A program made the position numbers and the translations under genes. A stretch of DNA of 61,742 bases, the filler included, from Hausera hauseri (lineage: Eukaryota), in the NCBI GenBank assembly GCA_046269625.1. It is 10 parts of 10 records of this genome, joined end to end, with 100 filler letters (N's around TTAATTAATTAA, not from the genome) between each part and the next. Parts side by side here need not be neighbours in the genome. Positions count along the whole stretch, not along the records: positions 1 to 5,939 come from JBJURY010165643.1; positions 6,040 to 13,692 come from JBJURY010003013.1; 8 more parts are not named here. The stretch is one strand, 5' to 3'. The notes under the pieces were generated by a model. That model was given only the letters and a program-made list of their open reading frames with translations. It had not been told where the DNA came from and made no database searches. This document shows, piece after piece, positions 1 through 11,651 of this stretch (position 1 is its first letter; every line of letters begins with the position of its first letter).

Positions 1-104
1 CTTTCTCTGGGATTTGGCTCCAACTTATAACTATGGTAGGGTTTAATTCTAACTATTCGGGTGTAACTTCCGTGTGACTAGTATTTAAAATTAGCGGCTT
101 CGGC

Positions 105-239
105 CCGGCATACTGGACATGTGGTCTTTCCATTATCTAGCGTCCATTTCTCCAGGCAGTCTCGACAAAACTTGTGTCTGCAATATGGATTATTTAATAC
201 TACATATCCTTGCTTCAGGTTCCCTTCACATACTGGACA
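105..239 (-). CDS. C3HC4 RING finger (putative E3 ubiquitin ligase domain)
   Basis: CPVC-x15-CRHKFCRDC-x3-W-x8-CPVCR. Confidence 0.92.
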
Positions 240-1260
240 CTCGTCTTCTTCTTTTGCCCATTTCTCATCATCTAAATCGAATCGTGATGTGATCTCTATG
301 GGTTCTGCTGTCAAACCGTCTTCCTCTTGATATAAGTAAGCGTCTATTCTCTTTTGCTTCGGGTTTATCGAGCTTTTCTTAGGATCGCATCCAACGGCTA
401 TTGGGGCCCAATTGCTGTTAGTATCTCGATCTAAATCGGGAACTTCACCAGCCGATCGATATTTTTGGTACTGTTTCTTTAGTAGTAGCTTAACTGATTT
501 GTCCACCGGGACTAAGATTTTACCACTCCGTTTAGATTGAAATATTGGGGCAATGTATTTTCCGATTTTTGGATTTTCCCAGACATACGTGTTCTCGTAA
601 ACCTGTAGGCAAGCAATAGTTTGACAAAAAACATTGCTTCTTTAATCTTCTGCCTACTATAGTACTCAGTGACTACTAACATCCTGGGGTAATCTGCCGT
701 AGTAACATAATGAACGTTTTCCGTGGATGTCTTTTTTCGTAATACGTTTATTTCTGTTACTTGTTCTTTCCGTTGGCTTGGTTTTTCCGTATACTTCTCA
801 ATACGGGACTGCGTATTTAGTTTTGAAGGTTTTTCTGCCGGTTGTTTTGATTTTGGATCTTTTCTATCTGACCTGTGTTCTTCCTTTAGCCCCTTTTCTC
901 CTTCTTTATTTTTCTTCTTGAATAAATAATCGGAAAAGGAGGTTTTTCTCTTTGTTGGTTTCCCGGTTTCGGTTTCTGAATTTCCATGTTTTTCTTCTAT
1001 GTATTTCCGAGAAACTTCTGGTATCTTAAATAAACTATTATCCGCTGTAGCGCCATTACTTGTACTGGGTTTTTCATCCATCCGTATCTTATTTTCCTTT
1101 TTCTCCGTTCTTAATCCTTGTATAGTTATTTGGTAGTTCCATTCTGGTTTGATCTCGATATTTTTGGGTGGAGAGTATAGGCGAACATGTTTACGGTATC
1201 GTGTGCTGAGTCTTTTGGATTTTGGGAAATTTCGTAAGTTTTGTGCAGGGTTGCTGGGAA

Positions 1261-1780
1261 TCCATTCATGTTCCCACTCTAATCCAGCATTTATATCCCT
1301 TAGATGTTGGGATCTCTGATTTGCAGTTAGCACTCTGCTTATTTTTATATTTCCCCCGGTCATGGCCTCTACCATTAATTTAAAACGGCCTTCCATGATT
1401 AGTGGTATATTACTCTTTTTTTCTTCTACCTTAATTCCCACTTGTCACATAATAGTTGGGTATGTTTCTATCTCTCTCACTCCGGTTATATAAGTTACCG
1501 GTATGGCTAGTTTCTTCATTATCCTCTCTACTTAATACCCCACTAAGACGTATCCACAGAGGCATTGAGCTACTTCTTGCTGCACTAACTTGACATCTTT
1601 TCCATGATTCAATTGCTCTTTTTTAATTCCAGTAACTTCTGAGTAAGTTTCAAGCACTTTCCGTCTTCGGTTAATGATTTCCGAATAGACCTCGGCCCCG
1701 TCTTCTTCTCGGATGGATATTTCGATTGCAATGTAATTTCCTTTTTCTCCTTCCCCATAATTTATCGCGGCAATCCTGAG
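1261..1780 (-). CDS. REX4/ISG20-like DEDDh exonuclease domain, catalytically degenerate
   Basis: VYSEIINRRRKVLETYSEVTGIKKEQLNHGKDVKLVQQEVAQCLCGYVLVGY follows the REX4/ISG20 pattern (..VxDYRTxVSGIxxxxLxxGxxxxxVQxEVAxxLxGRILVGH); the ExoI DCE motif is replaced by AINY. Confidence 0.7.
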
Positions 1781-2435
1781 ATTTTTTTCATCAGCCACCA
1801 GTCTGAACGAGTGCAAGTGGGTATCTTGTTCCTCCTTTGTGGGCCTTTGCCTAAACTTTCAGGGTGGTAACGGTATAAGTATTTCTTCTTCTTCTGTTGT
1901 TTCGATCATCATTTTTACCGGCAAGGCAGCTACGCGAAATTCTAACTCGTAATTGTATAAGTTTCTACTGTTGAATACAAATGTACTAAACCGACTTTGT
2001 CTTCCTTGGAAGGAATCCCATTTCTGATCCTTTAGTCGATGGTATATCTCCCCGTCTGCCAAGTGCACATAAATCTTCTGTTCCTTCTCTGGTTGGTATT
2101 GAGCGATTGGTTTGAAAGGGTATGCCCTAGCATCTTTATCTTCCCTCCATGCGTACAAATATACTGCTCGTGCCTCCTTGGTTGTTCCTTTTAGTCCATT
2201 CGGTATTTCGTCAACCTTCCCGTATTGTACGAAACTTTTTCCTTGTATTTTTATGTTTATTTGCCTATAGACGGCCTTTGAATTTGGGATCCGCACTGTT
2301 ACGTAGTTCTGTAGGAATTCGTCGATACTAGGTCGACTGGTCATTTCATCCATGTGGATCCTAAGTCGGCTCGGATCTTCCTTGGCGTCGATACTAATTC
2401 GGCTTGGTTCCATCTGTGTCTGAGTACTTACCAAT

Positions 2436-2462
2436 CTGAACAAAAGAACATAAAGGTTAATC
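2436..2462 (-). promoter_or_regulatory. Candidate splice acceptor for the accessory ORF
   Basis: Minus strand reads gaTTAACctttatgttcttttgttCAG|attg: branch-like TTAAC, pyrimidine tract and CAG just upstream of the ORF's first ATG (2413). Confidence 0.45.
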
Positions 2463-2556
2463 TTAAAACAAAGGGTGGTTTTAAACCCAAACCAATTCTT
2501 TGTTTGATGACAGAATAACCTGATCTGTAATTGTCAGGTTATTTTATCATATGGAT

Positions 2557-3859
2557 CTACGGGGTCTCCAATTCCCTTAGTTCCCATTCTGAATTTTTAT
2601 GACGCTTAGAATAACATTTTTTGGTGACTAGTCGAAAAATCGCAATTAATATAATGAGAACAAATGCTGAAAGTACGGAAATGGATACAATTGGTAGTGT
2701 GGTTAATCTTAGTGGTGCTTGAGTAGTAATTGATGTTGTGGTTTCGTCGTTTATATCTTCACGTGTATGCGGTTTCGCATGATTTTCTTCTAGAGTATGC
2801 AGTGTAATTGTTTGGGTTGCTTTATTCTCTGCAGACACTTGTATTATGTATTCAGGTTGTGGTTTTAGTAAATTGCACTCTGTTTGATAAGTATTTTTAA
2901 ATAGAGTTACCATTTGCTTATTATATGTGGTCCTCCTGTTTTTCCTCCACAGAGAACACGATTTTATATCGTTTGGCCGAAAATTTGATAGTTATATTTT
3001 CCAACTCTACTTTATGTACGTCGTTTGTCGTAAGAGCTCGATCAGCTTTATTAGTCGTAATTTCCACTGAAATTTTCTAAATCTTATTTTCCGGATAGTA
3101 AGTTCGTAATTGTATGCTTGTCTTATTTGGTCGCACCTCGTATAAGGCAAATCTTATTCTCAATTCTTGGTTCACCGGCAGTTTGCAGCAGGGGTGCTTT
3201 ACACCTGCGCGAATAGAGCAATATTCTATTTCCGGGGTCGGTCCAGTGGTTGCTTTAAATCTAATACTAATTTCTCGGCTATCTGTTAATTTTATCCGGG
3301 TATCTACTTGGACGCATTGTCTTGCCTTGTTAACCACAATTCTCTGAATATTCTTGTCTAATAATTTTATATCTGGATCCGTATATTGCAGCATTTCGTT
3401 CAGTTCTATTTCACGGCTTTTTACTCATGTAGGGATAATTAATTGAAATGGTGGCTTTAATTCATAAATTTTAGATAAACTTGGTACGTACAGTTGATAA
3501 GTAAGGTTGTAGGCACATCGGAAATCTACGTCGCAACATTTCGTATACTTTCCGTATTCAAAATCACAGTTTTTGGTTTCCTCCGTATTTATATTGTCCA
3601 AGAAAATTTTGAATCTTCCAAAATCATAATGTGATTTCTGCACCCTGAACCCGACGCATGTGGAGTTTGGCAAATAGAAATGAATTGACATTGATTGTAA
3701 TAATCTTTGAATTTTTCCGATTGATCGTTTTCTTTCTGCAACAAATCTGTCGTGCCACTTTTTTGCTTGTGTTCTCGGAATGTAAGAAGCAATTAACGAT
3801 AGTGCTAAAACTATCTGAACATATAAGATTGGTCTGGTTACTATTGACGAAGTTTTCAC
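2557..3859 (-). pseudogene. Predicted type-I membrane glycoprotein (~430 aa) in frame with the integrase C-terminus; fragmented into ORFs 3425-3859, 3077-3394 and 2557-2913
   Basis: Signal-like ILYVQIVLALSLIASYIPRTQA; two repeats CV...C-x9-CC...LY; FN3-like LKPQPEYIIQVSAEN; Thr-rich stalk; TM IVSISVLSAFVLIILIAIF; basic tail; sequons NST, NLT, NKT, NIT. Confidence 0.7.
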
Positions 3860-3894
3860 CTCGCGTTGGCGTAAATTATAACGTTTGTTGGGTC

Positions 3895-4880
3895 ATATTT
3901 CTGTCTTGACAGCTCTTTGTACTGATATGACTTCTTTTCCATTTTTGTTAATATATACTGTAGTTGGCGTAACCCTTGTAACTTCGTACGGTCCTCTACC
4001 TGTACGAGTCAATTTTAATGAAGTGCCTTTTATGGCTACTGGATAATGTACATAAACCCAATTTTTTTGTTCTATATAATGTGGTTTCGCTTTCTTATAA
4101 TATTGCTTCTTAAACTGTTCCTGATATTCTTGGGATAGTTCTTTGGCGATTCCTCAACACTTTTGCAACCGCGTTTGCAACACCTCTGCGAAATTCTGTT
4201 CTAGATCTTCGGAATTAACTGTGTATGGCTTCATTCCTAAGTCCGTGGGCAACACGGCTTCACCTCCGTACATCATAAAAATGGCGTAAATCCTGTCGCT
4301 GGATGTGGTGTGGTATTAATTGCAAATTGAGTTCCCTCCAAAAACTCGTCCCAGTCCTTTTGGTCCTTAGCCACTACTGTAGATATTATATGTATGACGG
4401 TAGCATTCATCCGTTCGACCATTTCATTACATTGAGGATGATATGCAGTAGTTGTTAATCGTTCAGTTTCAAATATTTGGTGATTTTCTCAAATAATTCA
4501 CTGGTAAAATTTCTTCCTCGATCCGTGAGTATCTGGTCTGGGGATCCATATCGACAAATAATTCTTCATACAACGGCTTCTGCTAAAGTTTCAGCTTTCT
4601 GATCTATCAGTGCTATCAATTCGACAAAATGAGTTAGGCGATCGGTGCATGTCAAGATATACTTATTGTTCTTGTGAGTCGTAGGAAGAGGTCCTACTAT
4701 ATCCATCGACATGGCCTGCATGGGCCTATCGGGCACATTGATTGGTTTTAATTCAGCCCTGTAGTTTTTTGTCTTTTTCTGTTTAGTTGTACACACTTCA
4801 CAGGCATTCACCCGATTTTTCACGTCAATATAGATACTAGGCCAAAAATATTTATTCATTACTCTTTCTAATGTTTCCTT
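3895..4880 (-). pseudogene. Gypsy integrase (HHCC zinc finger, DDE core, GPY/F), interrupted by stops and frameshifts
   Basis: H..GH at the end of the 4881 ORF, then YFWP..CEVC, MDIVGPLP, YGSPDQILTDRGRNFTS, TTAYHPQCNEMVER, GPYEV. Confidence 0.93.
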
Positions 4881-5939
4881 CTAAGACATGTGTCCGGCTA
4901 AGTATGAGTCATGTTCTGATATCAGCACTTCGGTTAGTAAACTTTTTGCAATAACCATTAGCTGTCTTCTCTTTCTTTCGTAATATAAAATATCCTCATC
5001 ACTCTTGTCATTTATGATGCGATATTTGTGTCCATGTCTACGTAAATGCTCCTTTAACTGTCGTCCTTTCGGCTCGACATACCTTTTTGCAAATTCTATA
5101 ATCTGCTGGATGACCTTATCCTTTGTTTGTTCTGCTGAAATTTTAATGGTCTTCTCAATCGTTAACGCGAGTTGACGGTCTATCATTTCCTCAAGTTGAT
5201 TTTTCTTCATTACGGTGATTGCGCTTGTTTTAGTCTTTAATCTCGATAGTGCATCAGCGTCTACATGTTTATTTCCTGGCTTATACTGGAATTCAATATT
5301 ATATCTGGAGATTTCTTTGATCCATCTATTAAGTCTGCACACCGGGTTATTGGCTAGACCCTTTAAGGTCGTAACGGCCTTGTGGTCAGTGACAATTATA
5401 ATTTTCTGCCCGTAAACATAAACGTTAAAATGTCGAAGTGCTTCCTTTACCGCTAGAGTTTCTAATTCGGTAACAGAATAATTTTTCTCAGCTTTTTTCA
5501 AAGAACGTCCTCCATAAGAAATTGGATGTTTTAATTCTTCATCCTCTCTTTTCTGTGCTAATTCATATCCAATACCTTCCTTACTGGCGTCTGTTTCAAT
5601 TATAAGCGGTAAGGTAAAATCTGGATATCGCAAAACGGGTTCATTTGTTAATGTTTTCTTCATCTCATCAAAAGCCTTCTGCTTAACGTCTGTCCATTTC
5701 CATTTGATTCCTTTCTTAAGTAAGCGATATAGAGGTGCATTAATCTTTGAATTATCTGGTACATAGGTTGCGTAATAACCACAGAGTCCCAACCAGTGTC
5801 TTAACTCTTTCTGATTTTGCGGTTCCATGCAATCTGATATTTTGTTCAATAATGATTTATCAGGTTTCGATCCTCCTTCTCCAACTATATGGCCAAGGTA
5901 GGATACGGCATTTTGAGCCCATTTGCATTTCTTCGGATT
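4881..5939 (-). pseudogene. pol: Gypsy pol: RT C-terminus/connection and RNase H
   Basis: KKCKWAQNAVSYLGHIV, WLGLCGYY, PVLRYPDF, IIETDAS, NYSVTELETLAV, VTDHKA, YKPGNKHVDADALSR; a frameshift lies near 5850. Confidence 0.95.
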
Positions 5940-6039
5940 NNNNNNNNNNNNNNNNNNNNNNNNNNNNNNNNNNNNNNNNNNNNTTAATTAATTAANNNNN
6001 NNNNNNNNNNNNNNNNNNNNNNNNNNNNNNNNNNNNNNN
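5940..6039. other. Artificial contig-joining spacer (one of nine)
   Basis: N-run + TTAATTAATTAA (stops in all frames) + N-run. The same spacer occurs at 13693-13792, 18697-18796, 25496-25595, 30456-30555, 35556-35655, 41473-41572, 47462-47561 and 57281-57380. Adjacency across spacers has no biological meaning. Confidence 0.98.
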
Positions 6040-6244
6040 GCAGGTGTTCAAATACTTATTTGCAGCAGTAACACACAAATAAATTATTAAAAAATCATAC
6101 ATTGTGATTTCTGGATATTTATTTAGATTATGTCTCTCACAGTGGACATGCAGCTAAGATGAACATTTCAGACCCTCCATGATTTCTAAGTGGGAGAACT
6201 TGCAAAGTCTCAGGCTGTTCAGATACTTATTTTCCTCACTGTAG
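6040..6244. mobile_element. Tc1/mariner terminal remnant (fish-type IR/DR end)
   Basis: Repeated ttcaaatacttattt / ttcagatacttattt motif ending ...cctcactgTA. Confidence 0.5.
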
Positions 6245-8180
6245 TTCAGTCAGTTTGACAGACATGGAGCTAAAATCTGAGCTGGATCCTGATCTGAGCA
6301 CATTCCATTTTCTATTTAAATTATTTGTTGTCATGGCAACTTGGCAAGACTTCTTCAGAGCTCTGATGACATCATCTGTGACATCATCAGGTCTCTTCTG
6401 TGTCAGACCTTGGTACCATAGTGAGCCTTCAGAAACCAGGTTCCACTGGTCCAGTCAGACAGAGAGAGGACTTGGACCTGCTCAGCCGGTCTTACAGCAA
6501 CATGTCTTCTGGACTCTTGTGGACCTGGTTGGAAGCTTGGTCAGGAAGACTGAGAGGAAGTTCTTCAAAGCAGATTGTGTTGAAGGACAAAGCTTTGCTC
6601 TTAGAAATGAAAAGTCAACAGAAGAACCTGCAGATTTTTGATTGGACCCAAAGTCTGATGGCCAGACCGCCAGCACGTCTGAATGAAGTCAATCTGTTGG
6701 ACTGAACTTGGACACCAGAGCAGCGGTCAGAGTGAGACGGACAAAATGTCCTCCAAGGTCCAGCTGAGCTGACTGCTGTCACATTTAGGTGAGAAGTCCC
6801 CAAAGGTAGAGATGAACTCTTTGTTTTAGAGAAGGAGGACGGAGGAAAGACCTGTTTATCATTGGACTTAGAGGAAAATGTCTTCAGGGGGACACGTCCA
6901 AATCTTGTCCACAAAGACTTGCTGACTCATCACTTGCTGACAGTTAGCTCCACTTTAACTGAGCAGCTTCATCATGAACTAATTATTAGTTCCTCGTGAC
7001 TCTGGTCAGCTGAAAACTGGAGGTAATGAGGAGGTCAGCATCACTTTATGAGCTGAAGCAGAGCACTAGCTAAAAGCTAAAATGAGCAAAGTCATGGCTT
7101 AAAGGAGCAAAAGGCCAGCTACAAGCTAGTTGTTGCTACATGGTAGCTAGAAGCTAAAAGAAACAGAGTTATATCCAAAAGTTTGAACTGTCAGCTAAAA
7201 GCTACAATGCTGCCCTCTGGTGTTCAGTTGTTAAAAGCACAACAGAAAACTGAACTTGAGTTTTCTTCATGTGTGACTCTGATCACAGCAACATAAACAC
7301 TCAGAAGTTTGTCTGAATGGAAAGAAAATACTTTTGGATGAAGACTTTTGCACACTTTCTTGAAAGATCCACCATGATGTGAGAGTGAAGGAAGCCTTCA
7401 GTAAATGAAAAGCCTGATTGTGTTTTTTAGGATTCTGAAACAACTCTTGGTTAAAAACAACAAAGTAAACAAACGGTGTCGTGCAGAAGTGTCGAGGTTT
7501 AAAATCACTTCATGTTGGCTTCTGTCACTCTACAGCCTCTGCTTCTAAGAGCTGATTCCAAATGTCTGTTGTTCCAAGAAAATGTTCCATTTAGACCAGA
7601 GAGTCCTGAACCTGGTGTTCAGGAGCAACTTTTAGAGGTTCCACAGTGTAATGAGCAAGTATTGATCCACTAACAGAGGCTCACTGACTGACAACACACC
7701 TTAGAAAGGCACACGTTCAGGAGCTGCCTGCTTCCAGAAGCTGTTGAAGTGAACAAACAGACTGATTGTAGGCTCATGCAGCAGGGAAACACATCAGCTC
7801 AGTCTGTCATGGACTGACAGAGACCTGCCTCTGTGCTGAAAGCCAGGACTGAACCAAGGACCTTCAGAGCTTCAGGCTGACACTCAGTCAGGTCCATGGG
7901 ATGGTCTACTGCTGCACCAGATTGTTGGACCTTTAAAGTCAGGAGACGTTTGATCTTTGGATTCAAACATCTATCAGCTGTTTGATCTTTGAAACATGGA
8001 GCAGATCTTTGTGAACTCAAGCTTCTGACATTTGATCCAAAGTGTTTCTGATCTCTTGTAATAAAGTGCTGTTCAGAATATTTTAGTGCAATAAAAGGAT
8101 ATTTTTGAAGCTCTGATGGCATTTTGACGTCTAGTCACTGTAGAATCAACATGAGATGGTTGTGTTGGAGAACCATTGAA

Positions 8181-8430
8181 TTTGGTTTTGATTTTGCAAA
8201 TCTGATCAATGTTCAAGTAGCAACGTCCTTGGTACGTCAAATCTCTCAACATAGGTGAATTTGCCAACATTTAGTCAATATTGATTTTTATTTAGATTTT
8301 GCAAATCTAATCAACGTTAAAATAGCAACGTCATTTCCACGTCATATTTCTCAGCATAGGTGAACTTGCCAACATTAAATCAATACTGATTTTAGTTTAC
8401 ATTTTTCAAATGTAATCATCGTGGAAATTT
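8181..8430. repeat. ~106-bp degenerate tandem repeat (~2.4 units)
   Basis: gattttgcaaatct..atcaa..gtt..aa.tagcaacgtc....cataggtgaa.ttgccaacatt recurs at ~8190, ~8295 and partially ~8400. Confidence 0.8.
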
Positions 8431-8838
8431 CAAAAAGTATTAAGTCCTGCCTTTTAACATAGTTTGACAGAAATGTATTACTCTGATCACTGTTTTAACT
8501 TAAGTATTGATGTGCTGAACCGTATAGCTGCGCAGCAAACATCTTGAAATTGGTACATTAATATGTTTGTCACGTTTGGTGGATTGTACTTTAAGGTCAG
8601 AGCCAGGGTGCAGACAGAGGCAAGGAGTTGTAATCTACAACTAAAAATGTAATAACAAAACAAAATGCTGTCGTGGCAGCAAACATCAAAAACCAAAACC
8701 TCTTGCAGAGCAGGGCCCTCATGCATAAAGACTGAGAGCAGCTGCTGGTGCCGCGCGGACCGCCCTGTCCCCGCCCACAAATAAATATGCTAATTAGTAT
8801 AAATACAGTGCAGGCTTCCTCCCTTCATCCAAATAACC

Positions 8839-9652
8839 ATGGCAACAGCATTGAGCAACACCAAAAAAGAAATTTCACTGAATGTGAAGTAGAGGTGTTA
8901 GTGTCAGAGGTTGAGGCAAGAAAACAACTTCTATTTGGAAGTCCCTCCTCTGGGATTACTGATAAAATGAAAAGAAATGAGTGTCAGAAAGTAGAAGATG
9001 CAGTTAACGCGGCAGGAGCACAATTGAGATCACTGTCCGAAGTTAAGAACAAATGGTCCCACATCAAGGTGGATGTGAAGAAGAGGGTTGCTGCACATCG
9101 CCGGAGTGTTTCAGCCACAGGTGGAGGCCCAGGTTTACCGGAGCTGACTCCACATGAAGAACGAGTTGCTGCAATGATTGGGGAGACAGCGCTCGTTGGC
9201 ATCCTGCCAGCACATGAAGCTGAATCTGACATGATTGGTGTGTATGATATGTAAAGAAGTCCTTTCATTATGTTAGTCTAGACAGGTAAATATATTGTGA
9301 CCTATCATTAAGCAGAGTGAGACTCTGAGTTATTCAAGTGTTTTTATTGGCAGATCAAGTGGAAACCGGGGAATGCAGTGCCAGAGACACAGAAGAACCC
9401 GGTTCTGCATCCAGCTTCTCCACAGGACCCCCGACAGCCCCTCACTCGGAGCAACAGGAGGCGCCTGAAGCAGAGGCACCGCGGGCCTCGGTTGGAGGAG
9501 GTCATCAGTCAGGCCGGGTGCTGACCAATGCTGTGCTGCAGTCACAGAGGGACATTGTCCAAACAATGAGGGACATTTGTGCTGAATTACAGCAAACCAA
9601 CAGGCTTTTGACTGATATCAGTGAGTCATTAAAGAAACTGGCTGAAAAATAA
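8839..9652 (+). pseudogene. Harbinger Myb/SANT-like DNA-binding protein, two exons
   Basis: KRNFTECEVEVLV..LFG..AVNA..RS..EVKNKWSHIK..ATGGG. The Kozak ATG at 8839 is 1 nt out of frame (A-run 8863-8868). Intron ~9238-9353; exon 2 to 9652. Confidence 0.85.
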
Positions 9653-9679
9653 ACAGTTTGTGCTCATACCTGTGTTGTT

Positions 9680-10318
9680 CTACAATGTCTGCATGAAATC
9701 CAAACCATGCTGTCTCGCTGCTGCATTTAGCTCATGTATGTGTGCTGGCCCAGGGTCTGGATCATCGTTGTTGACACCCACATCAAGCAGAGGCACACCA
9801 CCAAGATGTGCCACATTATGCAACACGCCACATGCTACCACAATGAGACATGCCTTCTGTGGGGAGTAGAGCAGGACGCCACCACTCCTGTCCAGGCAGC
9901 GCCAGCGGCCTTTGAGATGCCCTATAGCACGTTCAATAACAGAGCGTGCACGGGCGTGCAGCGTTATATGGCAGCTCTTGTTCTGTCTGGGGGTTGAAGA
10001 GTGGAGTGAGGAGCCAGGAACCAAGTGGGTAGCCTTGGTCACCTCAGGATAATTAGTAGACTTAATAAACTGAACTGACATGAATATGCCTCTCATATAT
10101 CAATTAGGAAGACTGTGACACAAATGATAAAATGCTGTAAATAATTCAGAATGTTGCAAAAATAATATTATACCTAGAAGCCAGCCGTCACACACGGCTC
10201 CTGCTTCAAGTTTATTCCCAACAATACTATTCCTCAGTATAAAGGAATCATGAGTTGAACCAGGCCAACGTGACACTAGATTTGTGAAACACATTTGTGC
10301 ATCACAAATTAGTTGCAC
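9680..10318 (-). pseudogene. Harbinger (HARBI1-like) DDE transposase, 5'-truncated, with intron
   Basis: QLICDA..RWPGSTHDSFIL, GWLLG|DQGYP..WLLTP, RARSVIERAIGHLKGRWRCL, ACGVLHN. Confidence 0.92.
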
Positions 10319-11651
10319 ATTTATTATTTTTATTTAATTTATATATTTTATATTTGTGTGTGTTACTGGATAAATGTGGGACAGTTTCATCGTTCAAGTT
10401 TAAACACTAAAATGTTATAATCATGGAAAAAACACAGCGTTGATGCTCCTTGGATTAAATAACACTGAATGGAGTCTGATTTCAGTGGATTTAGGGGAGT
10501 TTTGCTGCTTTGTGGTTTGTTTTTGTCCACTGAAAAACTTTGCGTGGCTGCCGCACGTTCTCACGGCAGGTGAAAAATGTGCGTATATTTACGCACCCTT
10601 TCACGCAACGTTGGTTTTGATACATCCCGACGTGTGCGTAGAACCTGGCGCACGCAGCTTTTTGATGCAAACGCACCGTTTCTACATGAGGCCCCAGAGC
10701 TACTGCTGACAGAAGACATAATAATGCCAAATCACTGAACCAAAGCACACAGCAGGAATATAAAGTCAAACTAATGAAGTGAAACCACTGACACCTGTGC
10801 AGGGACAACCAGGATCAGGTACAGGTGGGTGTGGCAGAAACAGAAGCAGGAACAATGCTGAAACTCAACAGACTAACCAGAAATACACAAAACACAACAT
10901 CAAATACTGAATAAATACTAAACAAAAGCACAAGTCTTGACAGTTTGCAGATCAGCATCCTGAAACACGGTGCAAAACACCAGAAACTAAATAGTTGATT
11001 GTACAATCTTTGTTTTGTGTTGGAACCAAGTTTACAGTTTTTTCAACTGATGTACTTAATCTCAGCATACAGTATAAAAGCAACCTGATGTTGCTCCCAT
11101 AGAGATATGTGCGGACTGTAACCACTGCACAATCTGTTCCAGAAGCTCATTTGGTCATGCGCTAAGAGATCTACTTTTGGATTACAGGTTAATGCGCTTG
11201 ATTTAGGAGAATATACTGGAAATAATTATTTCCATACTTAATTATAAAGGTGTGCTAATTTATATTCTGTAAACTATTTTACATACATTCTGATTAATAA
11301 AATATAGATTTACGGTGTGTACATATTTATATGAACTTGCCGACCTAAACAGACCTCATTTCTAGACGACGTTATAAATGATCTCATCTCCGTTTTATTT
11401 ATTTATTTTTTCTGGAATAAAAATCCACATCTGTTGCAAACGTTCCCTTTTCTATAAAACACTGCAGGTGAAAAAAGACTGAAATCAATCCATTCTGTCA
11501 TCAAGCGGTCTAGCGATGCTACATGCTAAAAACAAACAGCCCTCCCGACAGTATTTCTTTTAGCGGATGCACAGATTAGCTGACAGTACGGATCGTGCTT
11601 CCCAAAGTACGCCGGGAGGAAAAAAATAAGGACGCCGGTAGATGAAGATAG

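Larger units (their letters stand above)
78..2443 (-). pseudogene. Accessory multidomain ORF (~780 aa when repaired): unknown N-domain, DEDDh-like exonuclease fold, K/E-rich linker, C3HC4 RING
   Basis: ORFs 1859-2443, 1532-1816 and 512-1441 share one frame and are separated only by in-frame stops. The RING frame (78-506) stays open upstream to ~642 and overlaps the 512 ORF at a T6 run (~626-631), a likely frameshift lesion. Confidence 0.7.
1..5939 (-). mobile_element. 3' part of a large Ty3/Gypsy LTR retroelement (RT end-RNase H-integrase plus 3' accessory genes), decayed copy
   Basis: Domain order RT-RH-IN on the minus strand, then ~3.8 kb of tightly tiled same-strand ORF fragments. The 3' LTR is not reached. 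Confidence 0.93.
8714..10694. mobile_element. PIF/Harbinger DNA transposon, deletion derivative (~2 kb)
   Basis: TIRs GGCCCTCATGCATAAAG and (reverse complement) GGGCCTCATGTAGAAAC; CAG target-site duplication at 8711-8713 and 10695-10697; convergent Myb-like and transposase genes. Confidence 0.88.

Noticed and set aside
1-77. Polypurine tract or 3' LTR at the start of C1
   Set aside because: Only a short AGAGAAAG at the contig edge, with no visible match to the 55818-57198 LTR.
5984-5995. Recurrent TTAATTAATTAA motif as a biological repeat or CRISPR-like array
   Set aside because: It always sits within N-runs in fixed 100-nt blocks, so it is an assembly linker.
6255-6914. Cluster of overlapping ORFs in the fish-like contig
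   Set aside because: No recognisable domain, and ORFs of similar length on both strands.
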